Under the pieces are notes generated by a model that saw only the letters and a list, made by a program, of their open reading frames with translations, did not search any database and was not told the origin of the DNA. From Mobula birostris (Eukaryota), in contig NC_092398.1 of NCBI RefSeq assembly GCF_030028105.1, positions 28,800,424-28,864,423 of the forward strand: 64,000 bases of DNA, written 5' to 3'. Both the position numbers and the translations under genes were made by a program. Shown here in pieces: positions 38,870-49,798 of the stretch. How positions within the stretch are numbered: the first letter of the stretch is position 1; every line of letters begins with the position of its first letter.

Positions 38870-39780
38870 GGAGGAAACTCACACCTTCCCCTTCGTCTGG
38901 CATACCCCCATCTACTATCCACCTGTCTACCATCTAAACACCTGCTATCCCCTCTTACCTGGTAGCCCCCTTCCACACACCCCCCCCACACACACACAGA
39001 CACACACGCACACACACACAAACACTGTCCCTCTCACCTGGTATACTCCTTCTATCACCCACCTTATTGATGAACTGGTATCCCATCCACTCACCTTCCC
39101 CCTCACCTGGTATTACACCCACACACCTCTGTTCTCACCTGGCATCCCACCCACCCACCTCCCCCCAGTTGGTATCCCACCCAAACACCTACCTCCCCCC
39201 TCACCTGGTATCCCACCCACAAACCTACCTCCCTCTCATCTGGTATCCCACCCACACACCTATCTCCCCTTCACCTCGTGTCCCACTTACCTCCCCCTCA
39301 CCTGGTATCCCACCCACACACCTACCTCCCCCCTCAGCTGGTGTCCCACCCACACACCTACCTCTCCCCTCAGCTGGTGTCCCACCCACACACCTACCTC
39401 CCCCACACCTGGTATCCCACCCACACACCTACCTTCTCCACACCTGGTATCCCACCCACACACCTACCTCCCCCTCACCTAGTGTCCCACCCACCCAATT
39501 CCCCCTCACCTGGTATTCCACCTACCTCCCCCGGTATTCCACCTACCTCCCCCTCACCTGATATCTCACCCACACACCTACCTCCCCCTCACCTTGTATT
39601 CCACCCGCACACCTACCTCCCCCTCGCCTGGTATCTCACCCACACACTTACCACCCCTCACCTGGTGTCCCACCCACACACCTACTTCCCTTTCACCTGG
39701 TGTCCCACTCACACACCTACCTCCCCCTCACCTGTTATTACCCGACCCCATCCACGCTCCTCTCAGCTGGTATCCCAATC
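38870..39780. repeat. C-rich ~36-bp minisatellite upstream of the MHC-like gene
   Basis: Unit cacctggtatcccacccacacacctacctcccccct, roughly 20 decayed copies. Confidence 0.85.
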
Positions 39781-39799
39781 ACCTTTCGTCGTGTGTTGT

Positions 39800-40200
39800 T
39801 GAGTCTCATTGACAATAAAGCGCCAAGTTGAAACAAAAGGCGTTCCCTCCCGCCTCGCCCCGCCTGTCTGTGGCAGCGGCCGCCCACTCAGTCGGGGAAA
39901 CTTCGACATCGATCGCCTCCCGTTACGGGACCTGCCGGCTGGCGATCGGTTTCGCGCGTAGCGGCTGTGTGACAAGGTCCTCAGCCTTCGGCGGAAGGGA
40001 TGTGGGGAATGATGCCGTCTCCGCGAACCGTGAGCCAGCTGCTCCTCCCGCTGTCTCAGGAGCCGCCGGCCGGCGTGAGGCGACGCCGCTCTCCCTCTCT
40101 GCTCGCCGCCTTCCTCCTCCTCCTCCTCCACAACGGCTCCATTGCCCTGGGTGAGGAGCGCAGCGCCCCAGGGATGGGAGGCGCCGGGGGAGGGGGCACC
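39800..40200 (+). promoter_or_regulatory. CpG island / probable promoter and first exon
   Basis: Abrupt CpG density (cgcgcg, ccggccggcg) and GC-box-like ccccgcc motifs, overlapping the leader exon. Confidence 0.7.
40000..40150 (+). CDS. MHC-like gene exon 1: leader peptide
   Basis: MWGMMPSPRTVSQLLLPLSQEPPAGVRRRRSPSLLAAFLLLLLHNGSIAL, with donor G|gtgag in phase 1. The start could be the ATG at 40000 or the MM a few codons downstream. Confidence 0.7.
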
Positions 40201-41090
40201 GATGGAGCGTAGGGAGGTAGAGGGGGGTGGGGACACTGAGGGAGGGTGGGCAAGAGAGGGAAGAGGGCAACTAGGGAGGGAGGGGAGGGTAAAGGTCAGG
40301 AGGGAAAGGGAGACCTCGCTGAAGGAAGGTGGAGAGAGGAGCGGCACCAGGGGAGGGTGGGGAGGGGAACTGAGGAAGGGTTAAGAGGGGAGAGGAGGGG
40401 AATGAGTACCGATAAAGGGTGGGGAGGAGAGTGGAGTGACATTGAGGCAGGGTGGGGAGTGAGCACCAAAGGAGGGTGGGAAGGGGGTGCAAAGGGAAGG
40501 TGGGGAGGAGGGGGCGCCAATGGAGGGTAGTGGACTGGGCACAATGGGAGGGAAGGGCGTTCCAAAGGAGAGGGGAGAGGGCATCGAATGGGCATGGAAA
40601 GGGAAGGAGGCACTGAGAGAGAATAGGTAGGGAGGGAGTGGAGGTGAATTGAGTATTGTTGAGGGGGTGGCGGAAGGGGCGGGGATATTGGGGATGAGTG
40701 TGTGGGAGAGGATATAGTGTGCCAAAGGTGTGTGGGGAGGGAGAGGGGTGCTAAGTGTGGGACGGAAGGCTGAGGAGTGGAGTTGTGGGGTTGCAGAGAG
40801 TGGGGAGGATAGAGGACACGGAGACTGGGAGGGGAGGGGGCCATGTTTGAGCGGGTGGGGAGGGACTGCCAAGGATGTTTGGGGAGGGAGGGAAGTAGTC
40901 ACTGAGGGTGGGTGGGGAGAGAGGGAGTGAGTGGAGTGTTGGGTGTGGACGGTGAGGAGAGATGTCTGTGGGGAGAGGTGTTGAGGGAAGGGCACTTCAA
41001 TGGCGAGGAGGGGTTTGGGCAAAGAGGTGGGTGGGGACGTGGGCATCGAACTGAGGAAGAGGTGGGTGCAGAGAGTGAGGGTGAAGGGTC
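40200..41090. repeat. G/A-rich low-complexity tract in intron 1
   Basis: Dense gggag/ggggg runs on the + strand. Confidence 0.8.
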
Positions 41091-41304
41091 AGCAGCACCA
41101 CCACCAAATCCCAACTATTGGAGTTTTACTGTGGGAGGGAGAGGTGGCTCTGGAGAAGTGGCACCTTTTTGCTGTCAGAATGGTGTGGAATCCACAGAAG
41201 GGAGAGACAAATTTGTTGTTTCAGGTTGATTAATTTTAAGGTTTTAAAATGAGCCATTTCACTCTCACAATTGGTTAATGGATCGATTATTATCTGCTTG
41301 CCAG

Positions 41305-41562
41305 GAATGCACATCGGTCAAGTGACTTTCTCTGGTAAAGGTTCACAGTTTTCAATGGCTACCCTGCAGTTTGCTTACAATGGAGAAACGACCGTTCGCT
41401 TTAATTATACTACAGGAAAGTTTGTGGCCATCAATCCAATTGTAAAGCCTTACATGGACGATCTGAACCGCTATACGGAGGTTATGAAATATGTTACCTG
41501 CTGTGTTGAAAGCATGCCTGTTGCCATGGAGATCGTTCACCAGGCTGTTCAAACTCTGACGG
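41305..41562 (+). CDS. MHC-like gene exon 2: membrane-distal groove domain (beta1/class I alpha2-like)
   Basis: ccag| acceptor and |gtaag donor, phase 1-1, 258 nt. (G)MHIGQVTFSG...LQFAYNGETTVRFNYTTGKFVAINPIVKPYMDDLNRYTEVMKYVTCCVESMPVAMEIVHQAVQTLT. Confidence 0.85.
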
Positions 41563-41579
41563 GTAAGTTTATTTTCACA

Positions 41580-42090
41580 AAAAAATCTGCAGATGCTGGA
41601 AATCCAAGCAGCACCCACAAAGTGCTGGAGGAGCTCAGCAGGCCAGGCAGCATCTATGGAAAAGAGTACAGACGACGTTTCGGGCTGAGACCCTTCATCA
41701 GGACTGGAGAAACAAGTTGAGGAGTCAGAGTTAGGAGGTGGAGAGGGGTGAAGTAAGGAGCTGGGAAGTTGATTGGGAAAAGAGGTGCAGGCTGGAGGAG
41801 GACGAATCTGATAGGAGAGGACAGAAGGGCATGGAAGAAAGAAAGGGGGGAAGCACCAGAGGGAGGTGATGTGCAGGTAAGGTGAGAGAGGGAAAAGGGA
41901 ATGGGGAATGATGAAGTGGGGGGGGGGCATTACTGGAAGTTCGGGAAGTCGGTGGTCATGCAATCAGGTTGGAGGCTACCCAGGCGGAATATAAGATGTT
42001 ACTCCTCCAACCTGAGTGCGGCCTCATCCTGACAGAAGAGGAGGCCATGGCATGGGAGTGGGAAGTGGAATTAAAGTTTTGTTTTCAAAG
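41580..42090 (-). mobile_element. Penelope-like 3' end and tail in intron 2
   Basis: Reverse-strand RLGSLQPDCMTTDFPNF followed by the pyrimidine tract and the standard tail. Confidence 0.8.
41669..41706 (-). ncRNA. Minimal type I hammerhead ribozyme motif (best-preserved copy)
   Basis: The minus strand reads CAGTC-CTGATGA-A-GGGTCTCAGCCC-GAAAC-GTC-GTCTG: intact core, GGG/CCC stem II, palindromic ACGT stem III, GUC cleavage triplet, and one mismatch in stem I. Confidence 0.7.
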
Positions 42091-42889
42091 CGATGTTCAA
42101 GCAGGCTGTGTGGCAGAGGCTGACAGAGAGGGCAAAACAAGGGAACACATGCACCAGTCCTCAAAGAGGGATCAGAAGTGGAGGGAGTGAGCAATTTCAA
42201 GTTATTAGGCGTCAATGTCTCTATGGATCTATCCTGGGGCCTACATGTCAAGGCAGTTACAAAAAGGCACGACAGCGGCTATATTTCATTACGCGTTTGA
42301 GGAGATTTGGTATGTCAAATTTCTACAGATTTACCGTGGAGAGGTATAACTGGCTGCACATGGGGGGAGGGGGTGTAGATACTGCAAAGGGTTGAAAGAA
42401 GCTGCAGAAATTTGTGAACTCAATTAGTTCCATCATGGGCACGAGCCTCCTTAGCATTCAGGAATCTTCAATGAGTGATGCCTCAAAAAGGCATCATCCA
42501 TCATTAAAGACCCTCACCACTCAGGACATGCCTTTCAGTGCTCCCTTCAGGGAGGAGGTCCAGGAGCCTGAAGGCACACACTAAAGGATTCAGGAAAAGC
42601 TTCTTCCCTTCTCCCATCAGATTTATAAACAGTCCACAAAAAACCCATGAACATAACCTCACTATTTTTGCTCTCTATTTGAACTATTTATTTCATTTAA
42701 ATACGTTTGTTTTTGTAATTTATTCCTTTTATGTATTACACCATATTGCTGGCACAAGACAGCAAACTTGTCAGCAAAAAGACCTTATACTCAGTGACCA
42801 CTTTATTAGGTTTTTCCTGTAGCTAATAAAGTGGAAACTGAGTGTATGTTCGTGGTCTTCTGTTGCTGTAGCCTACTGTTTTTCAACTG

Positions 42890-45190
42890 TTTTTAGCCCA
42901 ACACCTCCCTAAAGCACTTTCATCCTTGCTAATGCTCTTCTAAGGCACAACGCACTTTCTGGCACCCCCATGGTGTGAAAACATGTCTACCATATGCTAA
43001 CACGAGAAAACTGATTCTGATTTAAATTGTTATTGGTCTTTAAAACTAGCTTACTAAGTACCTACACACTGTACAGCAGCTTTGACATGAATGTGATCCT
43101 TAAGCTTGAAGGTTTTTAGCAAGAGTTGAAATATCTGGTTCAAGTTGTGACAGCAAAAGCCTTAAGTCCCCACGCATGCCAATATCCAAGCAGTTTCTGT
43201 TTTTTGTGAGCTTGTGGTTCACTGCACTTTCAATAAGGTAGGAGGATAGAAATACAATGAAGAGCAGTTTGGCTCATCTTCAAAGACCAGGAAACTTCAT
43301 ATGACCCTCTAGCCACATAGCACAAAAGTCGATGTTTTTAAATAAGCATTTTTGCTTCTCCCTTATTCTGAATTTTGATAATTTTTTCTTGCAAGCTCTC
43401 TTCCTGTTCTTCCACCTTGCAAAGGATTAGGGTTATTACCCAGTCCGGAATTTCTGGAGCGTTCAAATCCTTGAATCAATTCTGAAAATCTTTTTTTGGT
43501 GACTGCAGGTGTAAGGAGCACTCTTGCAAATCACCATCTGTGAAAGAGAGTGCCATACTTTCCATGCAGGGAAACTGAGAACATTCTTCTCCCAATGTTT
43601 TGCTTACATATTTTCAATTTTCTGATAAAGGTGGGCATTGCACTTTTTGTCTGGATTAAATTTAAGTTTTCACCCAGCAGTTTCATATTTAGAATATTCA
43701 GTTTGTCATACAGATTGGCTTGGTTTGCCACATCTCCATATAGAAGTCCAATCTCATTGACTTCCACCAGTGCAAAAAGATCGAAAAGTGTTTTAAGGAG
43801 CAGCTTTTGACAGCCGACACACTTCAGTGTGAAGAAACAAGCATTCAATCTCTGCATTGATATTTTGGCAGAAATGGTGAAATATTCTGCTATTTAATGG
43901 ATGATCTTTAATTTTGTTGATAGCAGCTATTACAGGAGTCATGCTTGAAAAAAGTCACTAGCTGAGGTTTATGGCTGCGAGGTGTTGACGATGAATTACA
44001 CAATGGATGTAAACAAACTTGGAATTTATTTTTTCATTAATGCCACTAAACTAGCATGGCAACCTGTTATATAAGGTGCTCCATCTGTTGTACAAGAAAT
44101 CATGTTCCTAATTGAAATACTTTCATCCTCAATATACATTTTGAGGTCGTCATAGATTGATTCTCTGTTGATATGTTTTTAACTTCTTACAAAAGAGAAT
44201 CGCTTCCTAAACTTTTCCCTTTTAGATAAACCGTACATATGCCATTAGCAATGCTGCGTTGCCTTGCACAGTTGACTCATCCAGTTATATCCCAAATTCT
44301 GTTTTTTGTGGCTCTGTGCAAAGTTGATATTCCACCTCTTCACTCATTTCATCAATACGATGAGCTATTGCTCAGAGGAAATTATTTTAAAATACTGGTT
44401 TCCATTTTGAGAACAGTTGTGAGCACTTCTGATACAGCAGGCATTATTAATCTTTCACCAATTGTATGAGATTTTCCACACCTTGCTATCATTTTGGAAA
44501 TGATATAAGAAGCAACGAGACCACAAACAAGGTCATTTCTTGGCAAATGACTCGAATGTGCAATGGTTTTGCAATGCTTCTTTCATCTTCTGGAACCGAG
44601 TAATAGCATAAGTAGCCTTTTCAGGGTGTCTTTTGCAGAAGCATTCCTGCAATCTTGATGGTTTCATGGATTCATTAGACAGTACAGCATTACAAATAGG
44701 AAACATGGGGTGTTGCTGATCTAATGGGATGGAATAAAACCATATTTCAGGTATGTAACTTTGTATTGACACACTTTGTGTAATTTCTGTTTCTTAGCAG
44801 GATTAGAAAGCAAGGCTTCAATGCCTTCAAGCTTGTAGAGATCGCACCGTACATACTTACCCATTGTTAACGGGGCTAAATTAAAATAATAAATTAACAC
44901 CACTGGGAATGCCTATCGGATGTTGATGGCAGTGAGTTGACACGGATGGAACGATGGCAGTGGTACGCAAAGGAACAGCGAGGCAAAGGTGAAGATGATC
45001 ACAACTGCAAAAATTACATTGACAAGGATTCAGATTGGAATCGAATGTTAGTCGGGACAGAGCTTGCGTTTGGGAAGCTACCTTCTTACTATTCCAGTCA
45101 ACACGATTGACCAGTCACGTAAAGTTTCGTAATCCCCAAAGATGGTTCTTGACCGCACATATGAAGCCGAGGTCACTTTGAACACCTCAA
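42890..45190 (-). mobile_element. Fossil hAT (Charlie/ZBED-like) transposon
   Basis: CNAVLSNESMKPSRLQE..KRHP (BED-like zinc region) and LYDKLNILNMKLLGENLNLIQTKS...FIRKLKICKQNIGRR. Many stops; boundaries approximate. Confidence 0.75.
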
Positions 45191-45659
45191 GAGGATTCCT
45201 CAGTGTTGACGGGTTCACTGATTGACTCTATTTCATCATTTGGTTCCGGCCAGCGCTGTATCGTTGCGCGACCTGTTTTCCATAGATCTGTCATGAAGGT
45301 GGAGAGGGTGTACTTGACCTATCAACCATTAAATTGCACGAACTCGTTCCGTGCTGCCAGTCAAGGGTAATTGTTGGACACCCTGTTTGCTAATTTACGC
45401 ATCCCCAATAATGTCTGTTTGGTTGGTAAGGTTGGATGAGATTGTCGAATTTCAGACTTGTTGCGATGACGGGTGCTCACCGCCTGCTGAGCTGTGGTTC
45501 TTCCTGTGTTCCAGTGCCTCATCCTTTTTTTCAGAAGTGCCTAGTCTACTAATGGTCGGTCAGGTCTCGAGCCTCAAGTAGGGGTGTCACTCTTCCCCCA
45601 TGACATCATACAATACCGCACTCCCCTTGGGAATCACTGCTGCAGCTCAGTCACTTTGA

Positions 45660-46111
45660 GGTGTGACATGTTGTACGTTCAGAGATGCTCTTCTGCACAC
45701 CACTGCTGTAACACATGGTGATTTGAGTTACTGTCCCCGTCCTGTCAGATTGAACCAGTCTGGCCATCCTCCTCTGACCTCTCTCATTAACAAGGTGCTT
45801 TCACCCACAAAACTGCCGCTCACTGGACGTTTTTTCTTTGTCGCACCGTTCTCTGTGAACTCGAGAGACCGTTGTGTATGAAAATCCCAGGAGATCAGCA
45901 GTTTCTGAGATACTCAGACCACCCCATCTGGTCCATGGTCAAAGTTAATTAGATTGCATTTCTTCCCCATTCTGATGTTTGGTCTGAACATCAACTGAAC
46001 CTCTTGACAACGTCTGCATGCTTTTATGCATTGAGTTGCTGGAACATGATTGGCTGATTAGAAGTTTATATTAACGAGCAAGTGTACATAATAAAGTTGA
46101 CACTGAGTGTA
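45660..46111. mobile_element. Tc1-like deleted transposon, 3' portion
   Basis: Ends with the TIR taaagttgacactgagtg|ta. Confidence 0.75.
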
Positions 46112-46629
46112 TGTCAGTGATATTAAACCTGATTCTGATCTGCACTAACCTGCAGCTAATTAACTGCACCCTGCAAATTTTCATTTCTAAGTATTTCCAC
46201 CTTATGGAAACTTTGAGTTACCAACAGTTCTTGAAACTTTCATGTGACCTGGGAGTGACTGAAAGAACCCTACCCCTGGTCAGAGGCAGATGACCAAGGG
46301 ACAGTTTCTAAACACAGAAGATTCGGCAGATGGTGGCAATCCAAAGCAACATGTGCGTATGCACGTGCATGCACACACACGCGTGCGCACGCGCGCACAC
46401 AATTCAGCAGGCCAGGCAGCATCTAGGGAGGTGAATAAACATAGGAACAGAATTAGACCATTTGACCCATTGTGTCTGTTCCTCCATTCCGTCATGCTGT
46501 ATTCTCAAGATTGTATAATATACACATGCTTTAATAGTAAACATACTTTGAACTTTGAAGTTCTGTTAGTCTTTACTTTTTTTGATCCCGTAACCAAGTT
46601 CAGCTTCAATGTGTTTCTGTCCACTGCAG

Positions 46630-46911
46630 CGAAGCCGACTATCACAATAACCTCAAGACACATGAAGAACAGAGAGAATACCTTGGCCCTGACATGCCAA
46701 GTGCATGGATTTTATCCCAAGAAAATCCACGCAACGTGGCTGCGGAATGGTGTGGCGATCGATCGGGAAGTGCCAATGACAAGAATTTTACCCAACTGGG
46801 ATAGGACGTTCCAAGTCCGGCTACAGGTCGAAATTGACCCCGAGAAGGGTGACACTTACACTTGTGAAATCGAGCATCTGAGCGTCCCTGACAAGCTGCA
46901 TGCAGTTTGGG
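46630..46911 (+). CDS. MHC-like gene exon 3: Ig C1 domain
   Basis: ctgcag| acceptor and |gtaag donor, phase 1-1, 282 nt. (A)KPTITITSRH...LTCQVHGFYPKKIHATWLRNG...ILPNWDRTFQVRLQVEIDPEKGDTYTCEIEHLSVPDKLHAVW. Confidence 0.92.
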
Positions 46912-46992
46912 GTAAGGCTCAGAGTCTGAATAATTTGGGGTGCAGTGTACTGGTGATGATCTGGTTCACACTCTGTCCAACACTATATTATA

Positions 46993-48300
46993 CACTCAGT
47001 GGCCACTTTATCAGGCACCTCCTCTACATAATAAAGTGACCATTGAGTGTAAGGTCGTGGTCTTATGCTGCTGTAGCTCATCCGCTTCAAGGTTGGAAAT
47101 GTTTGCGTTCAGTGACGCTCTTCCGCACACCAACATTGTATCAGGCGGTTCTTTCAGTTACTGTCGTGTTCCTGTTAGCGTGAACCAGTCTGGCCATTCT
47201 CCTCTGAAATCTCACTAACAAGGCACTTTTGCCCACAACTGCCACTCAGTAGATGATTTTTTTTGTTTGTTTTTCACACTGTTCACTTTAAACTCTCGAG
47301 ACTTGTACCTGAAAATCCCGCGAGCTCAACAATTTCTGAGATACTCAAACCACCCCATCGTGCATCAGCATCGTTCAAAGGTACATTTATTATCAATCTA
47401 TGTATTCAGTATTCAACTCTGAGATTCATCTTCTCCAGATAGCCAGGAAAAAAAGAAATCCATGGAAGTCATTCAAAGATAAACATCAAACCCCCACCCC
47501 TCCACTGCACAAAAAAAACAAAACTGAACAGGAACATCAACCCCCCAAACCCCCACCCTGCACAAAAAAATCAAAATGCTACAAGAACATCAACCCATCT
47601 AAACCCCACTCCCTCACGTAAAAAAAAACTAACAAAACATGCTCTGCAATAACAAGGTGAAAGAACAGGGGAAAACATAGAATATAAAAATCATAAGACT
47701 GGAAGTCCATAGTCCAATCCATAAATTCAGAACCTGGTAATGTCCTCTGACCAACAGCGAGAGAGAGAGAGAGAGAGAACACTCAAACACAGAGGCCTGC
47801 CCTCCAACAACAAAGAGTGAAAGGCACCACACAGCAGAGAAATCCATCCCTGCAATCAAAAGGCAAGCAGTTGCCTCAGATTCAATCTTCCTCGACACTT
47901 TACTCAGCAAAATGGAGTCGATCATTGGCCCCTGCCTTATCTTTAAGCTGCTTCGCCTTGAGGCTGTTTGAGCTTCCTGGAATCTTCCCGGAGACAGCAA
48001 AGCACTAGATCACTCAATTGATCTCTAAACTGTAAATCACAGGCTCTTAACAGTTCCAGAAACACATTTCAGATGAAAAGCAGACGTAAAAGAAGTGAAA
48101 TAAACAGATTCGTTGACTATCTGATAGACGTTGACCAGTGGGACGTTGTACACAGGCACCATCTTGTCTAGATTCCATGGTGAAAGTCACTCAGATCACA
48201 TTTCTTCCCCAATCTGATGTTTGGTCTGAACAACAACTGAACCCCTTGGCCATGTCTGCATGCTTTGATGCATTGAGTTGCTGCCACATGATTGGGTGAT
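46993..48300. mobile_element. Tc1-like copy interrupted by an unclassified repeat (~47375-48180)
   Basis: 5' TIR ta|cactcagtggccactttatcagg. The body resumes at ~48185. Confidence 0.7.
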
Positions 48301-49798
48301 TTGGTTCACATTTTCAACCCATTCAGGTTACGATTGTTTCACAGGAACAGAATCCTGTTGTAGCCTGGTGAGAATCAGTATCTCCACTTTCTACATCAGT
48401 CATGGAGTAATACAGATATGTGCACTTCAGCCCAACTGGACCATGCTGATCACCATAAGATCATAAATTATAGGAGCAGAATTAGTCCATTTGGCCTATT
48501 GAACCTGCTTAGGCATTTCATGGCTAAATTATTATCCACTCAACCCCGTATTTCTGCCTTCTCCCCGTAACCTTTGACACCCTTAATAATCAAGAACCTT
48601 TCAACTTCATCTTTAAATCTACTCAGTGACGTGGCCTCCAGAGCAGTCTGTGGCAATGAATTCAGGGACTTACCTAAAGAAATTCCTTCTCATCTCTGTT
48701 CTAAAGGGATGTCCTTCTATTCTGAGGCTGTGTCCCCTGGTGCTCGACTCCCCCATTAGAGGAAACATCCTCTCCACGTCCACTCTGTCTAGGCTTTTCA
48801 GTATTTGATAGGATTGAATGACACATCCACCCCCATCATTCTGCTAAATTCCACTAAGTACAGGCCCAGAGCCATCAAATTCTCATCATATGTTAACCCG
48901 TGCATTGTCAGGATCATTCTCGTTAACCTCATTCGGACCCTCTCCAATACTCAAACTGCTTAAGACCAATTTCTTATGAAGCCTCAGCATAAAAGAGTGG
49001 TAACACTGCACTTGCCTTCCTTACTCCTGACTCAGCCTGCAAATTAACCTTTCGGGAATCCTGTTCGGGGACCTCCAATTCCCTTTGCACCTCGGATTTG
49101 TGTTTTCTCTTGGCTCGTACTTTCCTTCCTGGGATGATTCTCATGAACCTCCTCTGGGGCCTCTCTAATTCCGGTACATCCTTTCTGAGATAAGAGGCCC
49201 AAAACTACTCATAATACTTCAAGTGAGGATTTGATCAGTGCCTAATGAGGACCGGCAATAGATTCCTGCTTTTATACTCGAGTCCATAGGAAAGGAAAGC
49301 TGACATTGTATTTGCCTCTCTTACCATTGATTCAACCGATAAATTAACATTTAGGGAACCCTCCACGAGTTCTCCCAAGTACTTGCTTTTGAACTACCTT
49401 GTATATATGGAATGATGGTTTGGATATCAGGCTCACAAATACTTTTTACTCTACCTCGGTGTATCATAATAAGCCAATTAGCACACTTCTATCCTCAGTG
49501 GATACAAGCCCAGCATGTCTGACCCTTTCTCATAAGACAACCGGCACATTCCAGCAGTCTAACTGGCAGGTAACATAACACTTTAACTGCCAGTGACCTG
49601 GGTTCAAACCCAGCACATCCTTCTTCGATAAGGGGCCATTCTCTGCTGTTGTATTGGACCAAAACTAGAGAAGTCTGGTGAAGACAATAAAATGCAAACA
49701 ACTGTGGTCAAACTGCTCTCTGCTGTAATACCTTCTGAATGACAAGTGCAGCCAAACTGCTCTCTGCTGTAATATCTTCTGCCTAATTATGGCCGAAC

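Noticed and set aside
38868-41046. Pro/His/Gly-rich ORFs of 100-220 aa
   Set aside because: They are products of the minisatellite and low-complexity tracts.
41271-41720. 149-aa ORF as a stand-alone gene
   Set aside because: It reads through the gtaag donor at 41563 into a Penelope tail.
46290-47039. 249-aa ORF as a complete protein
   Set aside because: Only 46630-46911 is the Ig exon, bounded by good splice sites. The rest is chance read-through of intronic repeat sequence.
48337-48367. Possible micro-exon (attcag|gttacg...ctg|gtgag)
   Set aside because: Weak acceptor context and no homology support.
49499-49569. Extra exon between the Ig and TM exons (ctcag|...cag|gtaac)
   Set aside because: It would end in phase 0, incompatible with the phase-1 TM exon, and the peptide has no recognisable feature. 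It cannot be excluded as a minor isoform.
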